From contig CAWCFX010000001.1 of NCBI GenBank assembly GCA_963795085.1, positions 1,184,001 through 1,248,000 on the forward strand: a stretch of DNA of 64,000 bases, read 5' to 3'. Below are positions 20,878 through 31,960 of this stretch, piece after piece. The DNA comes from an uncultured Gemmatimonadales bacterium (GTDB lineage Bacteria > Gemmatimonadota > Gemmatimonadetes > Gemmatimonadales > GWC2-71-9). How positions within the stretch are numbered: position 1 is the stretch's first letter; the number at the start of each line of letters is the position of its first letter. The notes under the pieces were generated by a model. It was not told the origin of the DNA. It made no database searches and was given only the letters and a program-made list of their open reading frames with translations. A program made the position numbers and the translations under genes.

Positions 20878-22002
20878 ATGAGCGGATCCATGGTTATCGG
20901 CGTTCCCAAGGAAATCAAGACCAACGAGAACCGCATTGCCCTGGTGCCGGCGGGGTGCGAGGCCCTGGTCAGCGCGGGCCACACCGTGTACGTCGAGAAG
21001 GACGGCGGCGTGGGCAGCGGTTTCCCGGACGAGGCCTACACCGAGGTTGGCGGGAAGATCCTGGCCACGGCGGACGAGGTCTGGGCCAAGGCCGACATGA
21101 TCATGAAGGTCAAGGAACCGATCGCCCCGGAATGGCCCCGGATGCGGTCCGGTCAGGTGATTTACACCTATTTCCACTTCGCGGCGGATGAAGCGCTGAC
21201 CGCGGCGGTCATCAAATCGGGCGCGATCGCCATCGCCTACGAGACGGTGCAGCTGGCCAGCGGGGAACTGCCGCTGCTGACCCCGATGTCCGAGGTGGCC
21301 GGCCGGATGGCGGTGCAGGAGGGAGCCAAGTACCTGGAGAAGGTCTTCGGCGGCAGCGGCATCCTGCTCGGCGGGGTTCCCGGGGTGGCTCCCGGCGAGG
21401 TGGTGATCATCGGCGGCGGGGTGGTCGGCATCAACGCCGCCAAGATGGCGGCCGGCCTGGGCGCCCACGTGACCATCCTCGACATCTCGCTGGACCGGCT
21501 CCGCTACCTGGACGACGTGCTGCCCGCGAACGTGGACACGGCCTATTCCAACCGCCACAATATCCTGGATGCCATCAAGCGGGCCGACCTGGTGGTCGGT
21601 GCCGTGCTCCTGCCCGGGGCCAAGGCGCCCCATCTGGTGAAGCGTGCCGACCTCAAGCTGATGAAGCCTGGCTCGGTCATCGTGGACGTTGCCGTGGACC
21701 AGGGCGGATGCGTCGAGACCATCAAGCCGACCACCCACGAGAATCCTACCTATTTCGTGGACGGGATCCTCCACTACGCGGTCGCCAACATGCCGGGCGG
21801 GGTGCCGCGGACCAGCACCCTTGCCCTCACCAACGCCACGCTGCCCTACGGGATCAAGCTGGCCCGGGACGGCTGGAAGAAGGCATGCCTGGCCACCCCG
21901 GCCCTCAAGCTCGGACTCAACGTGGTCGAGGGTAAGGTGGTGTATCCCGGTGTGGCCGAGGCGTTCGGACACCAGCTGGTGGACGTCGAGACGGTCCTCT
22001 AG
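20878..22002 (+). CDS. ald: Alanine dehydrogenase
   Basis: [40 protein letters not shown]; start 20878 or 20890. Confidence 0.96.
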   Translation: MSGSMVIGVPKEIKTNENRIALVPAGCEALVSAGHTVYVEKDGGVGSGFPDEAYTEVGGKILATADEVWAKADMIMKVKEPIAPEWPRMRSGQVIYTYFHFAADEALTAAVIKSGAIAIAYETVQLASGELPLLTPMSEVAGRMAVQEGAKYLEKVFGGSGILLGGVPGVAPGEVVIIGGGVVGINAAKMAAGLGAHVTILDISLDRLRYLDDVLPANVDTAYSNRHNILDAIKRADLVVGAVLLPGAKAPHLVKRADLKLMKPGSVIVDVAVDQGGCVETIKPTTHENPTYFVDGILHYAVANMPGGVPRTSTLALTNATLPYGIKLARDGWKKACLATPALKLGLNVVEGKVVYPGVAEAFGHQLVDVETVL

Positions 22003-22021
22003 GCGGGACGGAGGAGTCACA

Positions 22022-22063
22022 GGGAGTCACCCCGGCTACGCCCGGGATGACTCCCTTCGTTTT
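22022..22063 (+). terminator. Intrinsic terminator-like hairpin after ald
   Basis: GGGAGTCA...TGACTCCC stem followed by TTCGTTTT. Confidence 0.65.
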
Positions 22064-22086
22064 ACCACACTTTCGTGCAGGAACCC

Positions 22087-22530
22087 ATGCCTGACATTTC
22101 GATCCAGATCACCCGGCTTCCGCACGGCGAGGGCCTCCCCCTGCCGGAGCAGGCCACGCCCGGTTCCGCCGGGTACGACCTGTCGAGCGCCGAGGATGTC
22201 GAGCTGGCGCCCATGGAACGGAAACTGGTCGCCACCGGGCTCCGGATCGCGATTCCGGCGGGGTACGAGTGCCAGATCCGGCCCCGCTCGGGCCTCGCCA
22301 TCCGTCACGGGATCTCGCTTCCCAACACGCCGGCCACGATCGACAGCGACTACCGGGGCGAGGTCAAGGTTCCGCTGATCAACCTGGGACTTGAAACGTT
22401 CGCGGTGACGCGTGGCATGCGGATCGCACAGATGATCTTCGCCGAGGTGGCGCAGGCCCAGTTTGTCCTGGTCGCGGAACTGCCGGAAAGCGGCCGGGGA
22501 GAAGGTGGGTTCGGGAGTACCGGGCGGTAG
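22087..22530 (+). CDS. dut: dUTPase
   Basis: [35 protein letters not shown]. Confidence 0.97.
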   Translation: MPDISIQITRLPHGEGLPLPEQATPGSAGYDLSSAEDVELAPMERKLVATGLRIAIPAGYECQIRPRSGLAIRHGISLPNTPATIDSDYRGEVKVPLINLGLETFAVTRGMRIAQMIFAEVAQAQFVLVAELPESGRGEGGFGSTGR

Positions 22531-22685
22531 CGATACGGGCGGCGTTGAGAGCCGGGGGTTCCAACCGGTCAAAAAGCGCCGCAAACCGTCCTAATGAGTG
22601 CTTGCTCACGTTGGTCGGATACACTTCTGGAGTGTGCGTCATGTCGGTCTGTCCGGCCCTCCGCCTGTCCCCCTATTCCCAGCTA

Positions 22686-22714
22686 TTGTACAGGGTTAGC
22701 GCAATCGTTACCTT
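22686..22714 (+). promoter_or_regulatory. Candidate sigma70 promoter of mre operon
   Basis: TTGTAC-N17-TACCTT in an AT-richer intergenic region. Confidence 0.45.
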
Positions 22715-22744
22715 AGATTCCGTCATGCACTCACATACCCTCCC

Positions 22745-23782
22745 ATGAAGTTTTCCGGCCTGAAACTGGGGTCGTTTCTTCCCGCCAATGAGATCGCGGT
22801 CGATTTGGGCACGGCCAACACTCTGATCTACGTCAAGGGCGAAGGAATCGTCCTGAACGAGCCGTCAGTGGTCGCCATCGAGAAGGCCACCGGCCGCCCC
22901 AAGGGATACGGGCTCGATGCCAAGCGGATGCTGGGGCGGACGCCGGACGGGATCCTGGCGGTGCGGCCTCTCAAGGACGGGGTCATCGCCGATTTCGATG
23001 TGACCGAGAAAATGCTGCGCCATTTTCTCAAGTCCATCATCGACAAGCACGTCTTCAAGGTGAAACCGCGGGTGATCGTCTGCGTGCCGTCCGGCATCAC
23101 CGAGGTGGAGCGCCGCGCGGTGCGCGACTCGGCCGAGACCGCCGGCGCCAAGCAGGTGCTGATGGTGGCGGAGCCGATGGCGGCGGCGATCGGCGTGGGG
23201 CTCCCCGTGGAAACGCCGACCGGCAACATGGTGATTGACATCGGCGGCGGCACCACCGAGATCGCCGTGATCGCGCTCTCCGGCATCGTGTCCGACACGT
23301 CCATCCGGACCGGCGGCGACGAGCTGGACCAGGCGATCGTGCAATTCATGCGGAAGAATTACAACCTCCTGGTCGGCGAGCCGACGGCCGAAGCGATCAA
23401 GATCAAGATCGGGTCGGCGGCGCCGGTCGGCGAAGAGCGTGAGATGGAAGTCAAAGGGCGTGACCTGGTGTCCGGCATCCCCAAGACGGTACGGGTGCAT
23501 TCCAGTGAAATCCGGGAGGCGCTGCAGGAGCCGATCCAGCAGATCGTGGACGCCGTACGGCGGGCCCTGGAGATCACTCCGCCCGAACTGGCCAGCGACA
23601 TCGTGGACCGGGGCATCATCATGACCGGCGGAGGCGCGCTCATTCGCGGGCTGGACCTGCTGCTCTCCCAGGAGACCGGGCTGCCCATTCATGTGGACGA
23701 AGACCCGCTTACCTGCGTGGTGCGGGGAGCCGGCCGGATCCTGGACGACTTCGAGAAGTATCGCAGCGTTCTCGTGACCTGA
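22745..23782 (+). CDS. mreB: Rod shape protein MreB
   Basis: [36 protein letters not shown]. Confidence 0.98.
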   Translation: MKFSGLKLGSFLPANEIAVDLGTANTLIYVKGEGIVLNEPSVVAIEKATGRPKGYGLDAKRMLGRTPDGILAVRPLKDGVIADFDVTEKMLRHFLKSIIDKHVFKVKPRVIVCVPSGITEVERRAVRDSAETAGAKQVLMVAEPMAAAIGVGLPVETPTGNMVIDIGGGTTEIAVIALSGIVSDTSIRTGGDELDQAIVQFMRKNYNLLVGEPTAEAIKIKIGSAAPVGEEREMEVKGRDLVSGIPKTVRVHSSEIREALQEPIQQIVDAVRRALEITPPELASDIVDRGIIMTGGGALIRGLDLLLSQETGLPIHVDEDPLTCVVRGAGRILDDFEKYRSVLVT

Positions 23783-23784
23783 GT

Positions 23785-24639
23785 ATGGCCTTCGCGTCGG
23801 ACCGATCCACCCATCGGGATACCATCAGTTTCGGCGTCTGCGTCGTGCTTTCCAGCGCGGCGCTTTTTTTCCCTTCCGCTGGCAGCAGCGTCACGTCGGT
23901 CATCCGCCGCACCGTCCTGGTACCGGCCATCTGGCTGCAGGAGGCCGCGGAGCAGGGCCGAACCAGCCGGTCCCGTTTCCTCGCGGTCATGGCGGAGCGG
24001 GACTCGGCGGCGCTGGCGGCGCGGTCGCTCACCACGGCGACCGCCGAGAACATCCAGCTGCGGAACTTGCTGGGGCTGGCCCACCGGCTGCCGGTTTCCT
24101 ATATCCCGGCGGAGGTGCTTCACCAGGCGCTGCCCACCGATGGGCGCACGATCTTACTGAGCGCCGGGGCGGAGGACGGGGTCCTGCCCTTTTCGCCGGT
24201 TCTCTCGTCCTCCGGGCTGGTGGGTGTGGTGCGAATCGTCGAGCCGCGCTGGAGCATCGCGATGACCTGGGCCCACCCGGAGTTCCGGGCCGGCGCCTTC
24301 ACCGAAGACGGTTCGGTCTTCGGGATCGTGGCCCCGGCGACGACCTCGGCGGTCTCCGAGGCGCTGCTGGAACTGCGCGGCGTGCCCTACCGGGACTCCG
24401 TGGTCCCCGGGACGCCGGTGGTCGCGTCCGGACTGGGCGGAGTCTTCCCCCGCGGGGTTCCCATCGGCACGGTCATGGGTGTGCTGCGCCAGGAAGCCGG
24501 GTGGGAGCGCACCTACCTGCTGCAGCCGGCCGCCCACCCCATGACTATCTCCCATGTCATCATTCTGACGCCGGGGGCCGACTCCACGGTTGGCCGGGCG
24601 TTTCGGGCCGATTCGGCCCGGCCGGGCTCCGCGCCATGA
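23785..24639 (+). CDS. mreC: Rod shape protein MreC
   Basis: N-terminal TM, ENIQLRNLL, GLVG, SGLGGVFPRGVPIG. Confidence 0.92.
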   Translation: MAFASDRSTHRDTISFGVCVVLSSAALFFPSAGSSVTSVIRRTVLVPAIWLQEAAEQGRTSRSRFLAVMAERDSAALAARSLTTATAENIQLRNLLGLAHRLPVSYIPAEVLHQALPTDGRTILLSAGAEDGVLPFSPVLSSSGLVGVVRIVEPRWSIAMTWAHPEFRAGAFTEDGSVFGIVAPATTSAVSEALLELRGVPYRDSVVPGTPVVASGLGGVFPRGVPIGTVMGVLRQEAGWERTYLLQPAAHPMTISHVIILTPGADSTVGRAFRADSARPGSAP

Positions 24640-25133
24640 GCGCCGCCAGCCTCGCCCGGACCCGTCTCCTGCTGGTGCTGGTGCTTCTCCTCGGGCTCCA
24701 CTTCTACGTGCGTCCGCGGCTCTTCGATCCCCGGTTCGCGCCCGATTTTCTGCTGGTCGCGCTCCTGGTCTATGCGATACGAAGCCGGCCCGGCGACGCG
24801 GCGATTGCCGGATTCGTGGTGGGCTTGATCGCGGATTCGCTGGTGCCGGCCCGCTTCGGCGCCGGTGCGCTGGCCCACACGGTTGTGGGATACCTCACGG
24901 CGTGGGGCCGCGCGGTCTTCTTCGCCGACAACCTGATCGTCAACGCCGCGGTCTTCGCCGCCGGCCTCTGGCTCCGCGACCTGATCGTGCTGCTGGCCAG
25001 CGGGACCGGCGCCGACAGCGTCATGGCGACCCTGGGTGTCTGGGCACCGCTGCATGCGCTGACCACGGCGATCGCGGGTATCCTGGTGCTGATCGTGTTC
25101 CGTGACTGGCTGGATATCAGGCTGGAAGAATGA
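24636..25133 (+). CDS. mreD: Rod shape protein MreD
   Basis: Hydrophobic, PDFLL, GFVVGLIAD; between mreC and mrdA. Confidence 0.9.
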   Translation: MSAASLARTRLLLVLVLLLGLHFYVRPRLFDPRFAPDFLLVALLVYAIRSRPGDAAIAGFVVGLIADSLVPARFGAGALAHTVVGYLTAWGRAVFFADNLIVNAAVFAAGLWLRDLIVLLASGTGADSVMATLGVWAPLHALTTAIAGILVLIVFRDWLDIRLEE

Positions 25134-26995
25134 ACGAGTTCCACTCCGCCCGCCTGTCCCGCCGGGCCGACGCGGCCCGCTGGCTGCTGCTGGCACTCTT
25201 CGCCATCCTGGCCATCGCGTTTTTCCGGGTCCAGATCGTGGAGCACGAGCGCTTCCAGCTGCGGGCCCAGGGCAACCGGCTGCGCGCGGTTCCCCTGGCC
25301 TCGCCCCGGGGCGCCATTCTCGACCGCAACGGCCGCGTCATCGCCGAGAACGTTCCCGGCTATTCGGTCAAGCTGTTCGCGGTGTCCCAGGATTCTCTCC
25401 GGTCCCTGCTCGAAGTGTTTCAGCGGATCGTGCCCTTCGACAGCAGCCGGGTGGATGAGGTACTGCGCCGCTTTGCGGCGGCGCCGTTTCAGCCAGTGGT
25501 GGTGCTGGGTGACGCCCCCTTCGAGATCGTGGCCCGGCTGGAGGAGCGGCGCGCCCTGCTGCCCGGGCTGGTCATCCAGGCGGAGCCCAAGCGGCAGTAT
25601 CCGGACAGCCACGCGGTGGCTCACCTGGTCGGCTACGTCGGGGAGGTCACCGAGGGCGACCTGTCCACCAACCGCTTCGCCGGAGCCGGCCTGGGCACCA
25701 TCGTCGGCAAGGCGGGGCTGGAACAGCAGTACGATTCCATCCTCCGGGGCACGCCCGGCAACCGCTTCATCGAGGTGGATAACCGCGGCCGCATGGTGCG
25801 GGAGGAGGGCGCGGCACCCACCCTGGCTCCGCTGCCCGGTACCGCGATCCGGACCACGATCGACCTGCCGTTGCAGCGGTTCGTGGACAGCATCTGGCCC
25901 GCCGGGGTGCGCGGCGGCGTGGTGGCCATGACCCCGCGGGGCGAGATCCTGGCGCTCTACAGCGCCCCCACCTTCGACCCCAACGATTTCATCGGCGGCA
26001 TTTCGTCCAGCCGCTGGCGTGAACTCAATACCGATCCGGCCAAGCCGCTGCTCAACCGGGCCATCCAGACCCGCTACCCCCCGGCCTCTCCGTTCAAGCT
26101 GGCCATGTCAGTGATGGGCCTCAAGCGGGGCGTGGTGGAAATCAACAGCCACATGCCGATTCCCTGCCGCGGCGGCTTGCAGTTCGGCAACCGCTACTTC
26201 CGATGCTGGAAGAAAGAAGGCCACGGGTCGCTCGACCTGCTGGGTGCCATCGCGCAAAGCTGCGACGTCTATTTCTACCAGCTCGGTCTGCGGCTCCAGC
26301 TGCCGACCATCCTGGAGGAAGGGGTGCGGCTGGGGTTCCGGGAGAAGACCGGGGTGGACCTCTCACCCGAGATCAGCCCCATTTACCCGGCGAGCCGGGC
26401 CTATTTCGACGATCGCTATGGCCCCCGCGGGTGGACGGCCGGCTCGACGACGCTGAACTTTGCCATTGGCCAGGGCGAAAACACCCAGTCGGTGATCGGG
26501 ATGACCCGGTTCTACCAGGGCCTGGCCAACGGGGGTGTGGAGGTGACCCCCTATATCGTGCGGCCGACCAACACGGATACCCGGGATTACGGCCTGAGCG
26601 AGGAACAGGCCCTCGATATCCGGCGATCGCTGATCGCGGTGGTGCAGGGAGGCACCGCGTCGCGGAGCCGACAGGCCGAGTTCATCCTGGCGGGCAAGAC
26701 CGGCACTGCGCAGAACTCGCACGGCCTGGACCACGGCTGGTTCCTCGGATTCGCCCCGGCGGACAAGCCCGAGATCGTGATCGGGATGATCATGGAGTTT
26801 TCCGAGCATGGATCATCGGTGGCCCCCTATGTGAGCCGGATGGCCCACTATTTCCTGGTGGGACCCGACACGGCGCAGAAGGTGACCATTCCCCTGGTCA
26901 CACCGCAGGACTCGGCGCCCCGACCGCTGGAACTGGCGCCGGATTCCGTGGCACCCGCCGTGATGCCGGCCCCCCAGCCGGGGCGGCGGCGGTGA
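25130..26995 (+). CDS. mrdA: Penicillin-binding protein 2
   Basis: PRGAILDRNG, SPFK (SxxK), SCD, KTGTAQ. Confidence 0.96.
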   Translation: MNEFHSARLSRRADAARWLLLALFAILAIAFFRVQIVEHERFQLRAQGNRLRAVPLASPRGAILDRNGRVIAENVPGYSVKLFAVSQDSLRSLLEVFQRIVPFDSSRVDEVLRRFAAAPFQPVVVLGDAPFEIVARLEERRALLPGLVIQAEPKRQYPDSHAVAHLVGYVGEVTEGDLSTNRFAGAGLGTIVGKAGLEQQYDSILRGTPGNRFIEVDNRGRMVREEGAAPTLAPLPGTAIRTTIDLPLQRFVDSIWPAGVRGGVVAMTPRGEILALYSAPTFDPNDFIGGISSSRWRELNTDPAKPLLNRAIQTRYPPASPFKLAMSVMGLKRGVVEINSHMPIPCRGGLQFGNRYFRCWKKEGHGSLDLLGAIAQSCDVYFYQLGLRLQLPTILEEGVRLGFREKTGVDLSPEISPIYPASRAYFDDRYGPRGWTAGSTTLNFAIGQGENTQSVIGMTRFYQGLANGGVEVTPYIVRPTNTDTRDYGLSEEQALDIRRSLIAVVQGGTASRSRQAEFILAGKTGTAQNSHGLDHGWFLGFAPADKPEIVIGMIMEFSEHGSSVAPYVSRMAHYFLVGPDTAQKVTIPLVTPQDSAPRPLELAPDSVAPAVMPAPQPGRRR

Positions 26996-28233
26996 GGCAG
27001 ACCGGGCTCGATCGCTCGACCATCACGGTCGTCGTCCTTCTTATTGTCGTGGGTGTATTCAATCTCTACTCCGCGGGCCAGACCGACGTACCCACCCAGG
27101 CGGCGGGGGTCTGGAAGCGGCAACTGGTCTGGCTGAGCATCGGGCTGGTCGCGTGCTGGATCATGTTCCGCACCAGCCCCCGCCTGCTCGAGTGGGCGGC
27201 CCCGTTCGTCTACGGGATCGCCCTGGCTCTGCTCGCCGTTACCCTGGCGGTCGGGACGGGGCAGGGCACCGCCGCGAGCACCCGCAGCTGGCTGTCCATC
27301 GGCGGGTACCAGGTCGGCCAGCCGGCGGAACTGGCCAAGATCGCCGTCGTGCTGATGATGGCGCGGTACCTGTCGAACCGTCGGGAGGCGCCGGCCAGTC
27401 TCCGGGAACTCATCGTTCCCTGCCTGCTGGCCGGGGTGCCCTTCCTGCTGGTGCTGAAGCAGCCGGACCTGGGCAGCGCGCTGGTGTTCATCGGGATTCT
27501 GTTCGCCATGCTCTACTGGTCCGGCGCCCGCCCCCACCTGCTGGTCCTGCTGGCGTCCCCCGTGGTGAGCCTGCTGGCGGCGTTTTCCATCCTCAGCTGG
27601 ACCGCCTGGATGGTGCTGCTCACCGTGCTGCTGGTGATCTGGCGCCCGTTCATCTTCGAGGCCGTGGGAGTCTGGGTGGTGAATGCGGCCATGGGTTTCA
27701 TCGCGATGCCGCTGTGGAACCGCCTGGCCCCGTATCAGCAGAACCGGCTGCTCACCTTCCTCAATCCGGAGATCGACCCCCAGGCCGCCGGGTATCACGC
27801 TATCCAGTCCAAGGTGGCCATCGGCTCGGGCGGCCTCCTCGGGAACGGGTGGCTGGAAGGACCCCAGAAGAGACTGGCCTTCCTGCCGGCTCCCCACACC
27901 GATTTTGCTTTTACGGTCTTCGGCGAGGAAATGGGGTTTGTCGGGGTGCTGCTGGTCCTCATCCTTTTCCTTGTCCTGTTCATCAGCCTGGTGCGGATCG
28001 CCCGCCGCGCGTCGGATCCCTTCGCCAGCCTGCTGGTCTTCGGCGTCCTGGGCCTGCTTCTCACCCACGTCTGGGAAAACATCGGCATGACCGTGAACAT
28101 CATGCCGATCACCGGGATTCCGCTGCCCTTTTTCTCGTACGGGGGGTCCTTTCTGCTCGCCTGTTCCCTTGCCCTGGGGATGGTTCTCCGGGTTGCCTGG
28201 GATGCCCGCATGTCCGGCTATGCCGATATATAG
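26992..28233 (+). CDS. rodA: Rod shape-determining SEDS protein RodA
   Basis: QPAELAK, QPDLG, PHTDF, PITGIPLPFFSYGGS; GTG overlaps mrdA stop. Confidence 0.96.
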   Translation: MRQTGLDRSTITVVVLLIVVGVFNLYSAGQTDVPTQAAGVWKRQLVWLSIGLVACWIMFRTSPRLLEWAAPFVYGIALALLAVTLAVGTGQGTAASTRSWLSIGGYQVGQPAELAKIAVVLMMARYLSNRREAPASLRELIVPCLLAGVPFLLVLKQPDLGSALVFIGILFAMLYWSGARPHLLVLLASPVVSLLAAFSILSWTAWMVLLTVLLVIWRPFIFEAVGVWVVNAAMGFIAMPLWNRLAPYQQNRLLTFLNPEIDPQAAGYHAIQSKVAIGSGGLLGNGWLEGPQKRLAFLPAPHTDFAFTVFGEEMGFVGVLLVLILFLVLFISLVRIARRASDPFASLLVFGVLGLLLTHVWENIGMTVNIMPITGIPLPFFSYGGSFLLACSLALGMVLRVAWDARMSGYADI

Positions 28234-28327
28234 CAATGAGTTAGCTGCCAGGCACTAGCGTTGCGTGGCCGCTTTCATAAGATTGCAGGGCCCCTCAACC
28301 TCCCCAACCAACGGGCCTATGGCCGTT

Positions 28328-29188
28328 ATGGCGTGGTTCAAAAAAGAGCGAAAACCCCGCACGTCCCGACGCGAACGGCTGGAGATTCCGCCGGATGCGT
28401 GGGAGAAGTGTGAAAAATGCGGGCACGTGGACATCCGGGAGCGCTTCGAGAAGTCGCTCAACGTCTGTCCCGAGTGCGGCGACCACCGCCGCTTTTCCGC
28501 GGAAGAGTACATCGAGTTGATGACCGACGCCGACAGCTGGCGGGAGTTGTATGGGAACCTCCGGTCCACCGACCTGCTCCAGTTCGAACACTACCCCAGC
28601 CGGCTCGAGTCGGCCTACAAGAAAGCCGGCCATGCCGACGCGATCTACACCGGGTCGGGCCGGCTGGAAGGACTGCCGTACAACCTCGGCGTGATGAACT
28701 TCGCCTTCATGGGCGGGTCGATGGGTGCCGTGGTGGGCGAAAAGATCGCGCGGCTGGCGCGCCGTTCCGCCGAGAAGCGGCTTCCCCTGGTGCTGATCAG
28801 CACCTCCGGCGGGGCCCGGATGCAGGAGGGCGTCCTTTCACTCATGCAGATGGCCAAGACTTCGGCGATGATCGCCCAGTTGCAGCGGCTGTCCATTCCT
28901 TATATTTCCATCCTGACCGACCCGACGACCGGCGGCGTCTCCGCTTCCTTCGCCATGCAGGGCGACGCGATCCTCGCGGAGCCTGGCGCGGTGATCGGGT
29001 TCGCCGGCCAGCGGGTCATCAAGCAGACCATCGGGCAGGACCTGCCGGAGGGCTTCCAGACGGCCGAGTTCCTGCTCGACCATGGGCAGATCGACGACGT
29101 GGTCCCCCGGGCCTCGCTCCGGGAAACCACCGCGCGCCTGCTGCGGCACATGCAGGGGGCGAAGCCGGTCGAAGAACCGGGCGATTAG
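28328..29188 (+). CDS. accD: Acetyl-CoA carboxylase carboxyltransferase beta subunit
   Basis: W-x-KC..C Zn finger, FMGGSMG, GGARMQEG, PTTGGVSASF. Confidence 0.96.
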   Translation: MAWFKKERKPRTSRRERLEIPPDAWEKCEKCGHVDIRERFEKSLNVCPECGDHRRFSAEEYIELMTDADSWRELYGNLRSTDLLQFEHYPSRLESAYKKAGHADAIYTGSGRLEGLPYNLGVMNFAFMGGSMGAVVGEKIARLARRSAEKRLPLVLISTSGGARMQEGVLSLMQMAKTSAMIAQLQRLSIPYISILTDPTTGGVSASFAMQGDAILAEPGAVIGFAGQRVIKQTIGQDLPEGFQTAEFLLDHGQIDDVVPRASLRETTARLLRHMQGAKPVEEPGD

Positions 29189-29314
29189 TGCCTGGTGGTT
29201 GCTGACGGGTTGCGAACGGGGCGGGAGCCGGGCGACGGTGTCCCGCCTCGCTGCTTCGAGGCCCTATGGCCGGCGCGGCCGACGAATCGGCAATGACCAT
29301 TGTCTCACGGACCC

Positions 29315-30535
29315 ATGCTCTCCTACCCCGCCTCGCTCGACTTTCTTTTTCCCCGCACCACCACCATCAAGTTCGGCCTGGAGACCACGCGGGCACTGCT
29401 GGCGGATGTCGGGAATCCGCACGAGGTGTTTCCTTCGATTCACATCGGCGGCACCAACGGCAAGGGGAGCGTCGCGACGCTGGTGGCTACAGCGCTGGAG
29501 GAGGCGGGGTGGAAGGTGGGATTGTACACCTCACCCCACCTGGTGTCCTTCCGGGAACGGATCCGCGTCAACGGGACGCCGATCAGCGAAGCGGCGGTGG
29601 CCATGTGGACCGAGCGGCTGGAGTACCGCATCCGGGACCTGGGCGCGACCTTCTTCGAAGCCACCACCGCGATCGGGTTCGCCGATTTCGCGGCCCGAGG
29701 GGTGGACATCGCCGTCGTGGAAGTCGGCCTGGGCGGACGGCTGGACAGCACCAATGTGATCACCCCGCTGGTCAGCGCCATCACCCGGATCGCACGTGAC
29801 CACATGAAGTACCTGGGCGACTCGCTGGCAGACATTGCCCGGGAAAAGGCGGGGATCGCCAAACCCGGGGTTCCCCTGGTGGTGGGAGAGGCGGACCCCG
29901 CACTGGTGGCGCTGATTCGTCGGCAGGCGGAAATCCAGGCGGCGGGCGACCGGATCGTGGTCATCCCTCCGGGCCTCGAATGGACCGGCGCGCTGGGCCT
30001 CGCGGGGCCGCATCAGCGGCGGAACGCCGCGGTGGCGGAGGCCATCCTGCTCGCGCTCGAATCGCCGTACCGCCCGGCTCGGCCGGCGATCGAGCGAGGT
30101 TTCGCGCGGGCCCGGGTGCCGGGGCGCTTCGACCGGCGGGGACGCTGGGTGTTCGACGTGGCGCACAACCCCGATGGCATGGCGGCCCTGGCGCGGGCCG
30201 TGGAGGCGGAGGGGCTGCCAAGGCCGGTGCATGCCCTGGTCTCCATCCTGGGGGACAAGGAGTGGCCGGAGATGCTGGTCACCCTGGACCGGGTGATCGA
30301 CCGGGGCGTCCTGACGATGGCGCCCACGGCCCAGGAGCGGGGCTGGGACGCGGCCTGGCTGGCGGCATGGCTGGACCGGCCCGACCGGCCGCCGGCCCGG
30401 GCGGCGTGGGCGCTGGTGCCCGAGTTCCGGGCGGCACTGGCGTCGGTGCGGGAGGGCGCCGGGACCGTCCTGGTGACCGGGTCCTTCCATACAGTGGGGG
30501 ACGTCATGCAGGAACTGGGGGTGGAAACGGTTTAG
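29315..30535 (+). CDS. folC: Folylpolyglutamate/dihydrofolate synthase
   Basis: GTNGKGS, YTSPHL, EVGLGGRLDSTN, DVAHNP. Confidence 0.96.
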   Translation: MLSYPASLDFLFPRTTTIKFGLETTRALLADVGNPHEVFPSIHIGGTNGKGSVATLVATALEEAGWKVGLYTSPHLVSFRERIRVNGTPISEAAVAMWTERLEYRIRDLGATFFEATTAIGFADFAARGVDIAVVEVGLGGRLDSTNVITPLVSAITRIARDHMKYLGDSLADIAREKAGIAKPGVPLVVGEADPALVALIRRQAEIQAAGDRIVVIPPGLEWTGALGLAGPHQRRNAAVAEAILLALESPYRPARPAIERGFARARVPGRFDRRGRWVFDVAHNPDGMAALARAVEAEGLPRPVHALVSILGDKEWPEMLVTLDRVIDRGVLTMAPTAQERGWDAAWLAAWLDRPDRPPARAAWALVPEFRAALASVREGAGTVLVTGSFHTVGDVMQELGVETV

Positions 30536-30615
30536 CCACGCTCCGGGCGAGCGGCGGGTGCCTGGTGGCCACTCCCGGGGTGGTCTGGGGCCTCGCTCCC
30601 GACTATTTTTGCGCC

Positions 30616-31917
30616 ATGTCAACCCAGGCCCTCCCGGGCTTTCGTGATTTCTACCCCGATGATTTCGCCCTGCGTGCCTACATCTTTGAGACCTGGCGGG
30701 CGGTAGCGGGCCGCTACGGGTTCGAGGAGTACGAGGGCCCGCCGCTGGAGCCGCTGGAGCTGTATACCGCCAAGAGCGGAAACGAGATCGTTGGCCAGCT
30801 GTACAACTTCGTGGACAAGGGTGAACGAAAGGTTGCTCTCCGGCCGGAGATGACCCCCACGCTCGCCCGGATGGTGGCGGCGCGCGCCAACGGCCTCAAG
30901 AAGCCGATCCGCTGGTTCTCCATTCCCCAGCTCTTCCGCTATGAGCGCCAGCAGCGCGGGCGCCTGCGCGAGCATTTCCAGCTCAACTGCGATCTGATCG
31001 GCGAGACGAGCCCGCTGGCGGACGCCGAGATCATCGCGCTGGCGGTGGACGTGGTTCGCGCGTTTGGGTTGACCGAGAAGGACGTGCGGGTCCGGCTGTC
31101 CGATCGCCGGCTGCTGAGCGCGATCCTGGGCCACCTGGGCTTTGCGGACGACCAGGTACCCCTCGCCTTTGAGGCTCTCGACAAGCTGGACCGGAGCGAG
31201 TACGCCCCCCGCCGGCAGCGAATGGTGGACGCCGGCGTGTCGGACGCGGCGATCGCGGCGCTGGAGTCGCTCCGCGAGGTAGCCGGATGGGATGCGCTGG
31301 CCTCCAGGTTCCCGGCGGTGGCGGAACGGGCGGAACTCCGGCAGGTCATCGCCGCGCTCGAGGCGATGGGGCTGGGGGGGTTCCTTGATCTGGACCTCAC
31401 CATCGTCCGGGGCCTGGCCTACTACACCGGCACCGTATTCGAGCTGTTCGACACCGGGAAGACCCTGCGCGCCATCTGCGGCGGCGGGCGGTATGATCAC
31501 CTGGCCGGGGCGATCGGCGGGGTGGACCTGCCGGCGGTGGGGTTTGGTTTCGGCGATGTGGTGCTGGGCGAACTGCTCAAGGAGCGAAAGCTGGTCCCCG
31601 AGGCCCGGGCCACCATCGACGTGTTCATCGCCGCCATCCAGAGCGACGATGTGCCGCCCGCGCTCGAACTGGCCCATCAACTGCGCGACGCCGGTTACCG
31701 GGTGGAATACACCCTCTCCGGCCAGGCCGTCGGCAAGCAGATGAAGCTGGCCGATGCCCGCCACGCCCGGCTGGCCATCGTGATCGGCCCCGACGACCGT
31801 GCCCGGGGCGAGGTTATGCTCAAGGACCTCGCCGCCAAGACCCAGCGGGGCGTTCCCCGGGGCGAGGTCCTGTCGGCCGTCGCGGCGTTCGGCGGAACCG
31901 GGGGAAACCGGGACTAG
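30616..31917 (+). CDS. hisS: Histidine--tRNA ligase
   Basis: LRPEMT, FRYERQQRGRLREHFQ, RGLAYYTG, GGGRYD. Confidence 0.97.
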   Translation: MSTQALPGFRDFYPDDFALRAYIFETWRAVAGRYGFEEYEGPPLEPLELYTAKSGNEIVGQLYNFVDKGERKVALRPEMTPTLARMVAARANGLKKPIRWFSIPQLFRYERQQRGRLREHFQLNCDLIGETSPLADAEIIALAVDVVRAFGLTEKDVRVRLSDRRLLSAILGHLGFADDQVPLAFEALDKLDRSEYAPRRQRMVDAGVSDAAIAALESLREVAGWDALASRFPAVAERAELRQVIAALEAMGLGGFLDLDLTIVRGLAYYTGTVFELFDTGKTLRAICGGGRYDHLAGAIGGVDLPAVGFGFGDVVLGELLKERKLVPEARATIDVFIAAIQSDDVPPALELAHQLRDAGYRVEYTLSGQAVGKQMKLADARHARLAIVIGPDDRARGEVMLKDLAAKTQRGVPRGEVLSAVAAFGGTGGNRD

Positions 31918-31960
31918 CCCGCCTGTTACACTTGTCACTTGTCACTCCTCACCGGACTCC